The notes under the pieces: generated by a model
Databases searched by the model: none
The model's input: only the letters and a program-made list of their open reading frames with translations
What the model was told of the DNA's origin: nothing
Assembly: GCF_018977255.1 (NCBI RefSeq)
Contig: NW_024704743.1
Coordinates: 22,942,001-23,006,000 of the forward strand
DNA: 64,000 nucleotides
Direction of reading: 5' to 3'
From: Callorhinchus milii
Taxonomy: Eukaryota
Made by a program: the position numbers and the translations under genes
In this document: positions 37,201-50,916 of the stretch, one piece after another
How positions within the stretch are numbered: the first letter of the stretch is position 1
Layout of the letters: each line of letters opens with the position of its first letter

Positions 37201-37829
37201 ACTTTGGATTTACTGATATTGTTATCTATTTGCTCTGTCGCTTTCTTAAGGATAGGAACCACATTTACTTGTTTCTATTCTATCTCAGTGGTCATTGTTC
37301 CTTTAAAATCCTACTTCTCTTAAAGCCTTTCTAATGCACGAATGTTCAATAATCATCCTGAAATCCTTAGCCTTTTCTGCTATTGAATGTTCTTTTGTTT
37401 TACACATAAGTTTCAATTTTTCAATTTCAATGTGCAAAATATTACATTTATCAATATTAAAGTCTATCTACCATTTTTAGCCCAGATTGCTTTAAATTCT
37501 ATCAATCTTTCTTTTTCTCATGAACTGGCTACATTATCTGCTGTTGTTGAAGAATAGGTTAGGGTATTACAAGCAGGAGTCCAGGAGCAGATCCTGTGCA
37601 TAAAGTTTGATTGCAGATTTAACCATTGCTTACTGAACCAGAGTTTTTGAAGTGTGCATCATGCAACTGAAGGCTCTGGCTTTTTTTGTATTTCACTAAC
37701 TACCAGGGTTAATCTTTTCAGACATCAGTACTTGTTGCAGTAAAGACATGATTGTGAATGCATTGAAGGAGGGAAAAATTTAAAATAATGGGCAACAAAA
37801 CATAAACTAATGAAAAATTCCATCTGCAG

Positions 37830-37995
37830 ACCTGGTTCCCTTGAGCAAGTTTCAGAAGAAGATAGAACAGAAAGAGCTCCTTAGACATGGAAAGTCACAT
37901 GGAAAGAAAACTATTTCCAGTAAAGGGGCCCAAAAGAGTACCCACACAGATTCTGCAAGTGACTCCAAGTCTAAAACTTCATTTATCCTGAACAA
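37830..37995 (+). CDS. C7orf57: C7orf57-like coding exon 7 (DLVPLSKFQKKIEQKELLRHGKSHGKKTISSKGAQKSTHTDSASDSKSKTSFILN)
   Basis: Acceptor ccatctgcag, donor AA|gtaagt, 166 nt and open in the phase (1-2) required by the flanking exons. The sequence is not recognisably conserved with human. Confidence 0.75.
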
Positions 37996-40900
37996 GTAAG
38001 TCACTCTTGTAACCTCCTTCAAGCATTGTCATCAATGCTTCAAAAAAAGCTGCATTGCATAGCACCATCCCTATAGTATTATTTTTGAGCTCGATTAAAA
38101 AAAATGTTATAGTAAGTGACATGAGGGATGAATCTCTGAAAATCCTTTACTGGTGACTCTGAAGTTTGATTGGAAATTGCTCACTTCTGTTAAACCTGGG
38201 ATTGTTATGGAATATTTTCTCCTTTTGTCCTCACATTTTTTTTAAAAAATGTTAAGATCCAGATTGCTAATTTGTATTAGGGAGAGATCATCTGTGCAGA
38301 TGTGGCCAATATTCAAATAAAGTTTTTACTTGATTACCTTTGACGTTCAGAGAGCATTTGTTGAATATTTTCCTCCAGGAGATGGAGTGATGGATGAGGT
38401 TCACAATGGGGTAGGTTTTATGAGTATGTGGAAAGAATAGGCTTGACGAGTTGAATGGCCTTTTTTGCATTCTAAACTTTTTCTCTTTTCATGCGGATTA
38501 CTGCCTGGTCTACCTCCCCAGTGTCAAGCCACTTCACCTTGCTGACTGGATCAATCCACTTGTTAATTAATGAAATATTAGGAAGTATATTATATCATAT
38601 TATTATACTATAATATATTAAATTATTATATTATTTCACCCAAAAAACATGGTCACTACACTTTACAATATATTCTGATAAGAATATAGACTTGATAAGG
38701 CGTTGTATCAAATGCAGGGATTATTATAGTATTATTAATTGTGTGATCTGTCTTGCTCACATGCAAGTCATTATATGAACAGGCTGTACATTGCACATGG
38801 TTCAAGTGCTTTGAATTTTTAAATTTTGTCTCATTTTATTCAGATCTGATCTGCTAAATCAAGCAACAAATAGGAAGGAGAACAGATTTGTCTTCTGCCT
38901 CTAGCTAAATCCAAAAAGAGTGATAAAACTCATCTGTTAATTTTTGTTTTGTGGCATGCTGATTATATATAGTCCAAAACCAAGTTATATATTCCGTAAG
39001 CAAAATTTGCCAAGTTATCCTATCAAAATATTTTCTACATTGCAGGCTTTTATTGCATATAGTAAATGAGCTGTTGTTTCCCAATGCATCAAATTCAACA
39101 GCTGTCCAAGATTATCCCAGGAACATCATCCTTTTACAAGAATTAATTGAACTCAATAAATTATATCTCCAGGGTTATCTAACCTAAAATGTACACCACA
39201 GTGGAGACTTTCATTGTCCTTCATTGGTTTTAAAAAGTTTACTCTTTTGTCTACTCTACACAGCAATAAACTATTCTCTGAAACATCTTGATGTACCACG
39301 TATCAACCGAGAGTCAAGAAATGGAATGTAGAAATTGTTGTTGAAGCTATTCAATGCATTCCTACAGCTTTCTCTATAGCCAATAAGGATAATGGCTCAA
39401 ATTAGCACTGCAAGCCAAAGCCCTAACCCAGTAGAGTAATCCTTGCCACAGCAACAACCAGCGGAAGCTTGCCAGGCAGTTCCCTGAATAGTAAGCAATG
39501 CGTTTTTAGTTGTTTAACCACCTAATCATACTCTGGAGTCTCCAAGTTTCCAAGTTTTGGCTATTAGGTTTAGAATTAGGTAAGCAGGATGCATCACTCA
39601 AGGGAGAGTGCTCATTCCATTCCTGGCACAGGGAAATTTCCATGTGTAGGTGGCGGAGTATGTGGAACTCTTAGTCTGGTTTGGATACTGCTAATGTGAT
39701 GGATTCCAAAAATCAGGGTCCTTTTGGGCTTACTGCCAGAAAAGTATTCTTCATGCATAACAATTAACTTGTCAGTCTGCCAAATTCTGGTTCCTTCTTC
39801 AGTTGTCCTCCCTACAACCTGTTTTATTATATCAGTTTTCCTCATCCTTAAATAAATCCAAAATAACTTTATGACTGCACTTCAAAGGAAATTGTCCTCT
39901 AAATAAACCCTTTGAAATCCTTCTTTCCAACTAATAGGGCAGTTGATTGAATATTCACGTAAAAAATGCTTAAATGTGTCTATATCCTAACTAGCTGAGA
40001 GATCATGAAGGAGAACCCAGATCGACAAAATCTAATTCTAAATTAATTAATTCTACCTTTCCTTAAAATAAACTAGAAATCGAACATTCTTCATCTCACT
40101 CTTCTTAGCTAAAATACAGACATTACTAAATAGTAACAGCATGTCAGGAAAATTTACCTGTAGACAAATGTACACAATTGTAAATGGAATTGAAAAAGTA
40201 AACCCAGATCAATATTTAAAAGGTATCAAGACAGTAGAACAAGAGAACACAGGTTTAGAAGGAGTTTGTGAGATTCAGACGATTCAGAGGGGTCCTTGCC
40301 GAGATGCAATTTATTAAATGGGACTGAAAAAGTAAACCCAGATCAGTACTTTAGGATGCACCAGGATGGTAGAACAAGATGATATAGATCTAGAGTTTCA
40401 AAGGGCAATTTCAGGACTGATATCACAAAGTTTTTCTTTACGCAACGGGTAATTAACAAATGGAAGAAGTTGCCAGGAAAGGTAGTTTAGGCCAGGACAC
40501 TGCAATCATTTTAAAAAAATAGTTTGATGCTGTGATGAGAAGGCGTCTTTCACCCACAAAATACACAGCCAATCCACTTTACAGTATATTCTGTGAAACG
40601 CTTTGAGACGTCTCAACAATGTAATAAGGTGCTATATCAAATGCAAGGATTATTATTATGAAGAGGGTGGGTATTTGGAGGGATGAGATCAGATAGGTTG
40701 AAGGGTCTTCTTCATCTAAACTAATCTTGTGATAATAATGTATTCTGAGTAGGAGGGAAACAATATATTTGTTTTGGTCAGCTGGGTGTCTTGACACAAG
40801 TGGAAAGCCATCACCATGCTTGAAGATATCGAAACCAGACTGAGAATTCCATGAGTGCCACCTACACATAGATTTCCATGTCTAGAATGAAATGCATATT

Positions 40901-43900
40901 TCACCCCAGAGGGACACAACCTGCTTACCTAATTCCATAGACGTGGTAGAGTATTGGGAACAGGTTGGCAAGAGCCAAGGATTGGGATCCCATAGTGTAC
41001 ATTAGGTTACTACCTAGTTTACCATTGAAAGCACTGTTATCCCACTGCTCGTCTACCTAGGACTTATTCTACCTGTTAGGGATTTGGCTTGAGAGTTAAT
41101 TGGAGCTGAGGGGGAAGAATTACCCCATTGACTAGTCTGCCCCTCCAGGTTCTGCTGATGTGTACCATGTAAAGAAATACATCCCGCTATCTGTCTTAAA
41201 TTGCTTTTGACAAACCCTGAAGTTGTGCTGTGTTATTCCGGTGCCTTTATTTTCACTATCCAACTTACATCAAGACATGCATTTATGTGCATTCATCCCT
41301 TCATGCAGGGTAGTGTCTTGGAGCCCTTAAAACTTCCTGCAAATATAGCTGTACCTACTATTCATGTATAAGAATATATGTTCTATTTTACAACTGGACA
41401 AGTGTTCAGCCTTTATCTTCGTATTTTGTCTTTAAGTTGTGAAGTTTCTTCCTCACCTTCTGTCATATGCTTTGGGTGGCTCAGACAGCATTGATGCTAT
41501 ACATCACATCATGTACTTCTGAACTTAGCATCTCTATTTCATGTTGGAGGGGGTGACCAGAAGTTGAAGGCATTTTGTTAATCACCACCCACCTATTTTC
41601 TCTTTTAGTTGGTTATGTTGCAGCTATATATTGGGAATTATTGAATTTTATAGGATTCAAGTTCCTGATGCACCTGCAATACTCATTATTAAAGGTGAAT
41701 CGTTCAATGGTATTTCTTAGTGAACAGTAATGAGATTCCATTCAAACATGAACTACTCCCCAGTTACTGTAACTACAGGATAAACTGGAAAGTAACCAAT
41801 CCTGCATATTTCTGAACCAAATTTGGGTGAATAAATGTAGCCAGAACAGCGAATTCAACGAAGCAGACTGTTCTGCAATCATATAATTCCCTTGGTATTG
41901 CTTGGCCATACAGTTGGCAATAGTGGTAACAGAAACAACATTTCAAAGCGCCAAGTTGTGAATAGTGTATGTAAAATTAATTCACAGCAAAATGTCACAC
42001 TGTATGCTTATAGGATACATGTTCAAACTTGAGTTTCCACAGAAGTATTAAATCCAGAAATCTAGGAAAACTGTGACCTACTTCCCAAGGAGAGAGGAAA
42101 AGGTGAAAAAAAGCTGAATTCCATTACTTGGCCAATCTTTTGATGGGCCTGAGGCTACTGGTCAGATGTCAGTTCAAGGGGCAGATCAGCATAGGAAATA
42201 TGTTTATAAAAAAGGGGGGAAATAGCCACTGCACAGTGGAAAATTGGTATTGGGGCGTCTTCCCAATGTGAAAGACGCTATACAAGTGTAATTTTGTATT
42301 GTATTGAAAAGGTGTTCTCTTAAGTGGTAGCTAATTCACATATCAGTTCATTTAACTCAGATGGTTTTGTTTTCTATTACCTTCACTCGATTATATATTG
42401 TAGAAATCTATAACTGAAGTCTATTTGTTAATCATATTGTTTAATGCATCAGTTCAATTGGCTGGTTGAAAAATAATGTTAAGTGTGCCAAAATAGAGAA
42501 TAAAGGGAAAGAAAAAGTTGTAATATAAAAAATAATATAAACCTTGCAGAAATTTAAGTCTCAAAATTAATTTTCGTTTGCCATAATTACCCCCAAATAA
42601 CTCCAGACATCTTAATTTACATGAGTAATGATCAAAATGTGATTTAGGGCCCATTGTGTGCTAAATTTTGTCCATGTGTAACATGCTGTACAACTTGAGC
42701 ATGAATATTTTGGAAAGCAATACTCTCCTAGATATACTAGTGCACCTTGCTGTATGTATTTTTTCTGCATACACACAGTGACTTGACTGCTCTTCAATTT
42801 AAAGTCATAATAACCAATTTAAAGATATTGAAGATCTTTTGGGGAAATACACAGTTTAAGAATATTGGCTTCTACGGTCATGCCTACTTTTACAAAAGAA
42901 ATTGATTTGTAATCTGATGACAAGTTCACTTGTGACGACAACAAAAACAAATCACATTTGTATAACTCCTTTCACGTCAGGAGAACATCCCAAGGCGCTG
43001 GACAGACAGGGATCTGCACCCGAGACTCACAGTGCTAAGAGAAATAAAACATGCTATTTAAGAATATGAAGGATTTAAAAAATTGGATTCCGGTAGCTCT
43101 TTTTCTGCCGTGATGCAGCCAATGAGAAAACATTTCAAATTACTTTAAAAATATGTCTTTCCTTGAATATTACACAACTAACAGTTGTTCGGTCCTCTTA
43201 CTCATGGAAATAATTATCTTGTCGAAATATTCATTCAAAGTATAAAATGTCTGAATTTAAACTTGTACCTGAAATTGACACGAGGAAGTTGCAATATTTT
43301 GTTTCCAGATCAGCAGTCGTTTATTCCTTTTAATTAATTAGAACTGAGATCAGGAAGCATTTTACACAAAGAGTGGTGAAGAAGTGGAAAGCTGTTCTCC
43401 AGAAAGCTGTAGAGAAAGAGTAAATAAATGTTTTAAAGAGAGAGAGAAACAGATACTTGAGTAACAGGGAAGGGGTATTCAAGGATTTGACTCTAGGGGT
43501 AGGCGAAAGAGAAGGAATAAAATATCTGTCAAGATCTATTAAACTGGTGTAACATGCTCAGTGGATTGAATGGCCTCTTATCGCTATTTTCATATGTTTG
43601 TATGTAGTAGCTGATAACTAACAAACAAACCTGTTCGTACTGAAAAAAACCTGACTAATAACAATGGCATTTTAAAATTCAATAAATCACTCTCAGAGGT
43701 AATTTTATATTCTTTTAACATTTCCATTTCTTAAATTAAATTTTAAATTGCCTTGGAGTACTGCAGCTTCAGAGCACTCCAGTTGCTGGTCTTAATAGTA
43801 CTCCTGGGTTCAATATAGTGATATGTATGATAGTGAGACACACAGCACACTCCAACAAAGATGGCTTGAAAATAAGGATTCTCACGCTCAAACAAAATAT

Positions 43901-44036
43901 AATAAAAGTCTTGATGGTGAGACTCACATTTTAACATTGTTCATGTTAGCTTACTTTGTGTACTTGATTTAGTCTTGTTATGAAGGGTGTTGCTTAAAAT
44001 GAGTTAATGTGCTTTTTTTCTCATTTACAATCTTAG

Positions 44037-44100
44037 ATTCAGAAACGTGCCAGCTCGAATAGATGCTCACAGGCAAGACGTGAAAACTCAGACATTATGA
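44037..44100 (+). CDS. C7orf57: C7orf57-like terminal coding exon (KFRNVPARIDAHRQDVKTQTL*)
   Basis: Strong acceptor gctttttttctcatttacaatcttag. The phase-2 join gives FILNKFRNVPARIDAHR, with TGA at 44098-44100. Confidence 0.7.
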
Positions 44101-45360
44101 AGCCATGATCATTATAATATGAAATGAATTCTCAGCACTATAAAAAGAAGAAATTGCATGCGTGCCAGGAGACAGTTACTAATTCTGAGTTATAAGAATG
44201 AATTGTAATTATTATATAATCTTTCATATTTATCCATTGCTTTGCAAGAGCTTCATTTCAATTATTTTACCACTGATAGACAACTTAATATTCAGCATAC
44301 CTCTGCCTATTAATGTATTTAAGTACTATTGGGGTTCATTCTGTAAATGATTAGTTTGAGTGCTAATTCTTTTTACTGTTGATTGCAACTGAAAGATTTG
44401 TTTTTAAAGTGAGGGCTGGAACTTGCCTTTTACATTGGAGCTCATAGAAATGTTAGTATTTGTGTTAAAATCTTTAAAGTTAAAGACTGCCTCTGTCCTT
44501 GAAAAATTAATGACAATTCAGAGGTAGTAGTCCTTTTATATTAAAAGCCAACATGCAAGACTTTTTTTCAACGTGTTACCACAGTGACCACTCAATGTAC
44601 CACTAGATTATATTGTGTTTGTGGTCTCTTGAGCAGGGAAATGTAGTTATAAACCACTGCATCACATGCTCAGATTCCACACTGGAACATTATTAACTGC
44701 CCTGGAGACCAAACATGAGATTCTTTTCAGAAAGGAGACAAATACATTCATTAAAATACACATCACCATCATTTTTTGATATTCGTGTTTCCTTCATCAA
44801 GCATATTTTTTTTAAAAAAATCCATACCATTCACCTTGCAGAACATCATGCCCATGATAAAACTGTTAGCAAGCATATAAGGACACATAGGCCCAAGTTG
44901 TAGGTCTGCTGCATTCCTTGATAACCTTAAGTTTTCTGTTTCTTATATGATTCCAATACCTTGACCTCTGCCACCATTCAGTAATTTGTTCCACTGTTAA
45001 TTACTTATAAAGAAATATCGTTGTGTTTGTTCTAAAATTGCTCTTTACAACCCTGAACCTGTGTCCCCTTGATCTAATGCCTAATGTATCTGAAAGCTGA
45101 AATGTACATTAATGTATTCTTCCAGGTTTACTTTCTCAATTGCATTTAATATCTTACATACTGCTATATGGTTCTTCTTGGAAATCTCTCCTTTCAAATC
45201 TGAAGACTACTGGCTTACCTAATTGCTCCTTACAGTTCATTTCTCTAACGTTGGAAGAAATTGATTCATATAATATTCAACCAAACTGACTGTAATTTAT
45301 ATAATACAACAACTATAAAATGGCGTGACATGATATTAATTCAAAGCCTTGGCTAGGTTT

Positions 45361-45427
45361 AATAAAAAATGGTAAACATTGATATTCGCCAATTTTCTGT
45401 GATGTTCTATAATTAAAATCAAATAAA
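45361..45427 (+). terminator. Candidate polyadenylation signals (AATAAA at 45361 and 45422)
   Basis: Two canonical hexamers ~1.3 kb after the stop, followed by T/GT-rich sequence. The region is AT-rich, so chance hits are possible. Confidence 0.35.
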
Positions 45428-48417
45428 CTTTCAATGGTTTTCAGTGTCATTGTGCTTGAATGATTTGTGAATTCCACAATTTAAAGTTCATAGAAAATCT
45501 ATGGACAGAAAAGTCTACAAATTGTATGTTCCACATCTTCTTGCCACACGTTCATGGTAATTCCAGCATTCCTAGAAGTTGATGATCAATGTTGGCACTC
45601 AATTGTTAGTTCAGTTTCATATGGGTATGTAAGTAGGTTTAAAAATTAGGTTTTCAAAATATACAGTATCTTTTTTGCAATAATTGTAGTAATGCTTTCA
45701 TTTGCCCCAGTGCCTTAGTTTCCTCTAAGCGGGTGCTCCCATCTGTAAAAACAATGCAATTATCATTCTAGTTTACCTTGGAATAATGTCACATGGCGAA
45801 ACTTAATTTTTGGCAACTTTAGAGAATAGAGGGATATAGGAGAGGAGAATAAGAGGGGTGGGGGCTCATGGAGTATAAACACCAATGAGGACCAGTTGGG
45901 CCAAATGGCCTGTTTCCGCACCATGTCATTCTCTGTAACTATGATGTGTGTTGAAAATTGCTTTAAACACACTGCATTCACATATGCTACCTCTGTTTTT
46001 CTATAATTGTTTTGCTTATTATTGACAGTGCTTGTGTTTGATCATATCAATAGTTGAAGCACAGACAAATTCATTGCTTCCTTTAGACTTTCTGCATTGA
46101 TATTGCTTTGGGAATTGCACCAGCAATAAACAGACCTATTTTCTCTGATATTCTGTAGGGTTTGACTGGAGAGCAAATAGGTTGACATATAGTGTGCTGG
46201 TTTATTGTTAACTGCTCTGTGGATTAACTTGATGCAATATGGGCTGTAAACATAATCCTCCTCATTCTATGCGAACCATTGGCTTTTGAATTTGGGTTGT
46301 TGAAATTCAGCCCCAGCAGTTTGTGATCAGCGAGAATTCAAAACTGAGCTCTACAGAGGCATAAGCAGAGGAATTTACAGCTCCATATGATGCCTAGTGT
46401 CTCACGTTGTGTTTTCTAAGCAATGTTTTTCAACCGATAATAGTGCACTTGCATATATTTACTACACAAACTGGGTCCTAAGATGAGTTTCTATGTGTAA
46501 CTTAGACTCCCGGGCTGCCTAGACTAAAACAAATCGCTGAGTCAAAGTCCCATTCTGTAACTTACTAATTGGTTCTTCAATGTTTCAATCGTGCTTTGGT
46601 GTCTTGGCTGGCAGGTCTGTTTCGTGTCTTTTTTCTGGCAGAGCAATTATGATGAAATTGAGATGAAGCCTACTCTCCCTGACAGCTTCCCTTGTGTTGA
46701 TAATGAGTCCCATGGCCTAGGCTGGGGCTTGTCCCAACAATCATTTAAAGGTAACCGGGAATTCCTCCTCTCGCCTCATTAGCAGATCATGCCTAAAGAA
46801 AAGGCAGTCCCAGCAACTAAACATTACATTTTAAAAATCATACTCTTCTAAAAAAAAAACCTGTAAGAGGATGATTCCACTTATCCTGAGAGGGGTTCTT
46901 TACCTATTGCTATCATCAAATGTTCCTTTAAAACAAGTCCTTACAGACAGCACAAATCATAGCCTATTTAGGCAATGCCATTAAGGGAGATTTAATACAG
47001 TGGATGGATGAGTTTTCCTTGGCCAAATAGGCTTTTCCCACACTGACTTTTCTTATATTATGTTCGCCTACAAAATACATGGTCATTTTGTGAAGAGCTT
47101 TGAGATGACCTACCAATATCAAAGGCCCTGTACCAAATGCAACAATTATTATACTCTTTATTCTTTTCCACGCAATTAAACCTGCGCAGACATTTCTGTC
47201 AAATCAGTGTTTGACAGTGTTCTAAGACATGTTTGTAGATCTTTTAAAGAGTCTAGATACCCGATAAGAAATTAATTAAATTTAATCTCTCATTTATATC
47301 TGGGCTGGGAAATGCTGACATTTCTTTTCAACACTGAAACCCACAAGGGCTCAGACAATAATCAGTGAGATGTGTTTGTGGTATATCATTCAATTTACTG
47401 CACTACATTTGTTGAGTTCCAGTCTACTTCAGTGGGCAGGCTAGCCTCAATGGATGCATGCTTTTTCACAGTGATGTTATTGTTTGCAGGCCTAACTGAA
47501 AGAGCTCCGTAATTCTAAGTTGAGATGTCTTACAAAAACCTGAATTAATTGTTCTTAAATATGCCATCTTTAGAATTTACCCCAGGGAGGATAGGAAACT
47601 GAACTCAGCACTTCCAATAGCCATTAAAGAGTAGTCATCTTAATGTAATGCTTGTAAGGGAGAATAATATCAATAGTCGAGCATTCTGAATTTGCATTAA
47701 AAGACAATGATCAGTCAATGCCATTTTGATGCATTGGAGATATTTTTAGCTTAGACACAATTTCCAAAGGGAGCTTGAGACTGTCAGAGTGCACTTTTTC
47801 TTGACCCTTCAAGCCCACAAGGAATACTAGCTTCCACCGTCACCTTTGCTGTGAAATTCAATCTCGTGTGTAAGAAATGGTGCAGAAGGCTGTGCTTTCT
47901 TTCCCCCTCCCTCCAAAGAAAATCTGGCATCAGAGAATCTCAGAGTAAATTGATAGAAACTGCATTAAGTAAAGGAAAAGGGCAATATCAAATGGAATTT
48001 TGCAAAACGGTTGGTCTTGAGAAACTTTATTTCCTATAATAGAAGAAATTGCGAAACTCTGTGTCAGATTACACATTTATTAGGAGGGTCTGAGAGACAC
48101 TGGGTCATTCTACACTGTTGCTAAGACACATCACATTTCCCGTGTTCACAATATGGCACCGATTTAGGAAGCGTGTGTTTCATTTAAGAATTACTCCACT
48201 ACGATAGTGAATTTATTGAATTAATGTTCAAATTGACGGTGCTCTAGAACAAAAACAAATTCCACAACATGTTATAGGGTTTTTTACTTTGCCTTTTAGT
48301 GTTGGGTGCTGTCAAAGAGGAAGTCTTTATTGGGATTTATTACTCAGGAATGTATTGTACTTAACTTATTTTCTGTTTCAACATGAACAATCCTGTTAAG
48401 AATTGACCTACAATTGA

Positions 48418-48608
48418 CCAAAACAACAATAAATTGGTCATTTTCAATCCAAGACTGTTGGTGGGACACTACTGTGCGCAATTGGCTGCCACGTTTTGCC
48501 CACAAATATACAGTCAATTCACTTTACAGCGCTTTGAGACATCTAGAAGACGTGAAAAGCGCTATATCAAATGCAAGGATTATTATTATTATTATAATTA
48601 TTATTATA
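48418..48608 (+). mobile_element. Deu SINE, short subfamily, 5' truncated
   Basis: Core and (att)n tail. Confidence 0.85.
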
Positions 48609-48971
48609 GTATGACTGGGTTTGGGCTATTGATTGTCTGAAACCAACTTTTAAAGCCGATGATTCTTTTTTAACGATGCTGTACTCATTTCTAAAATATT
48701 GGGCATAAGGTAGGGGATGGTGGAAAATAGATGGTTTAAAAATTATTGTGATTACTTATGCAAATATATATTGTAATAGGCAGAAGTGAAAGTTAACGTT
48801 CAAAAATGAAATTAGACGGACGCAAATTGGGGAAAAAAAAGAAAGGGGGGAATCTAGGTTAAAAGACTTAGTCTTTACTGCTTTTATGTTTAATTCAAAT
48901 TTGTGATGTGGATATTTAATTTATGTGTTATTTGAAGCTTTTAGAGTTTAGGGTTAATAGAAGTATAGGGT

Positions 48972-49190
48972 ATGCTGCATTGTGAGAGTCAGAGGTGCCG
49001 TCCTTCAGATAAGACATTAAACCAAGGTCCTAGCTACCTATTCAGGTGGATGTTAAAGATCCCATGGTACTATTTGAAAAGAGAAGGGAGTTTCTCCTGG
49101 TGTCTTAGCCAGCATTCCTCCAGTTCATTCACCTCCTGGCTGTTTCTGGGACATTGCTTTGCACAAATAGGATAGTTTGTTCACCTACAA
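48972..49190 (+). mobile_element. Older Deu-domain SINE fragment
   Basis: ggatgttaaagatcccatggtactatttgaaaagagaagggagtttctcctgg. An inverted copy lies at 49715-49860. Confidence 0.7.
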
Positions 49191-50535
49191 AAAAATATAG
49201 CACCCTTCACAAAGAGTAATGTCTCAGAGTGCTTCACAAGCAAAGAGGTTGGACACCGAACAAAGGAGAGAGGGAGAAGGAGGTTGCCATATGTGCATTC
49301 AAGGAGACAGGATTTGAGGTGGGACTTAAAGATGACAGGTAAGGCAACATACAGTGATACAGGAAGGGAGATCCAGAATTAGGGGCATACGAATTTAAGG
49401 CTTAGCCTTCACTATCCACAATGTACAAATATAGTACCTCTACAGAAAACTGTGAAGTGCTTTTAGACACGTCAACATGATAGGGAGCTATATCAAATGC
49501 AAGCGTGTGTTAATATTATGTTTGAACTTTATTAATTTTTTGATGCAGTAAAACTCCCGATAAATGAGATTATTGTACCAGCGCAGGTTAAAACTGATAT
49601 ATTGACTTAACTCATTCGGTATTGTGTGAAGCAGCACTCAACAGCTGACTCAGGGAATAAAATAAAATAGCAGGGATTTGCTTTATTGTGTTGATTTAAC
49701 AATGTCAACAATATTAACATGGCAGCCAGTTTGCACACAGTTGTCCCACAAGCAGCCATGAAATGAGTGACCAATTTTATTTGGGGGGATTTGTTGGCCA
49801 GGACACCGGGAGAAACTCCCTTTTCTTTTCAAATAGTGAATGCCATGGGATCTTTGGTTGAGCCTAAAAATCTTTGCTTTGTTATGGCTCCCATTCATTG
49901 GAGATTGGCATTCGAGTGAAGCTAAAAATAGGACGCTGACTTTTTGAAATGCCCATTTTTCATCAGAGTTTCTTTTGACACTCTGCCACAGCTAATCTAA
50001 GGTTCCATCTATATGTCTCATTGGCAGTGTATGTTAAATCAACAGCTTAAGGAGATCATGAAGCAAGACGGGTGTTTTTATTACCAGCAGTTAGTGGCAG
50101 AGGTGCACAGATAAAAGTACATTTTTATGCTTTTAAAATTTATAGTGTCAAAGGGTAACACAGGTACAATTTCTTCATGACTGGTTATTAAAATACAGTA
50201 TATAGCTACTGAAACTATACTTGTAAAACAAAGTTACCTTTAAACACAGGTAATGTGAATTTCAAAACTGCTGACAAATTCTTCTAGAAGGAGATACCAT
50301 TAGAGGAGACATTAAAGCACCCTTCATAAAGGTGAAACATGTTTTATAGCAGATTCAATGCGATTATCACCAATTCTGTTGGTTTCAGTTGGTGTACTGT
50401 ATTGCTGAAAGCTTATTTTTCATCCCGTGGCTATAATAGTGTAGACTAAATTCAAACTGATATCATGATAAAATGAGTGCTGGTGCTGGTGTGGTGCTCG
50501 TGTTGTGATATTGCTGGCGTGGTCATGTTGCTGTT

Positions 50536-50805
50536 AATAATAATCCTTGCATTTGATATAGCGCCTTATCATGTCTTCGAGGCATGTTAAAGACTGTTTG
50601 TGGGACATTGCTGTGTGCAATTGGCTGCTGCATTTCAACCACAAATAAGCAGTCAATTCACTTTACAGTCTATTCTGTGAAGAGCTTTGAGACGTCGAGA
50701 AGATGTGAAAAGTGCTATATCAACTGCAAGGATTAGATTATTATTATTAAAGCGCTTCACAGAATATACTGTGAAGTGAATTGACTGTATATTTTGTGGG
50801 CGAAA
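50536..50805. mobile_element. Minus-strand SINE 3' part with a plus-strand SINE fragment (50593-50752) inserted
   Basis: The host resumes at cgcttcacagaatatactg after the insert, and ttaaag flanks both junctions. Confidence 0.8.
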
Positions 50806-50916
50806 GTTGATAGTGTGCTAGCGTGGTAATGCTGGTGCTATGGTGCTGCAATTTTCTACAGCTTCTCCAGTAGTGCTCCAGATCATCTTCAAAACACCTG
50901 TGAAAAGTAGCACCAC

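Larger units (their letters stand above)
8225..44100 (+). other. C7orf57: Coding span of C7orf57 orthologue (8 coding exons, ~322-324 aa)
   Basis: All introns are GT-AG and the phases join into one open frame of 975 nt including the stop. Motifs [63 protein letters not shown], FPPM and KLLNNEYANEWIQQQ match recalled human C7orf57 in order. Confidence 0.9.

Noticed and set aside
45706..45762. MIR/CORE-SINE-like words (gtgccttagtttcctc...catctgtaaaa)
   Set aside because: Too short and interrupted to call without an HMM search.
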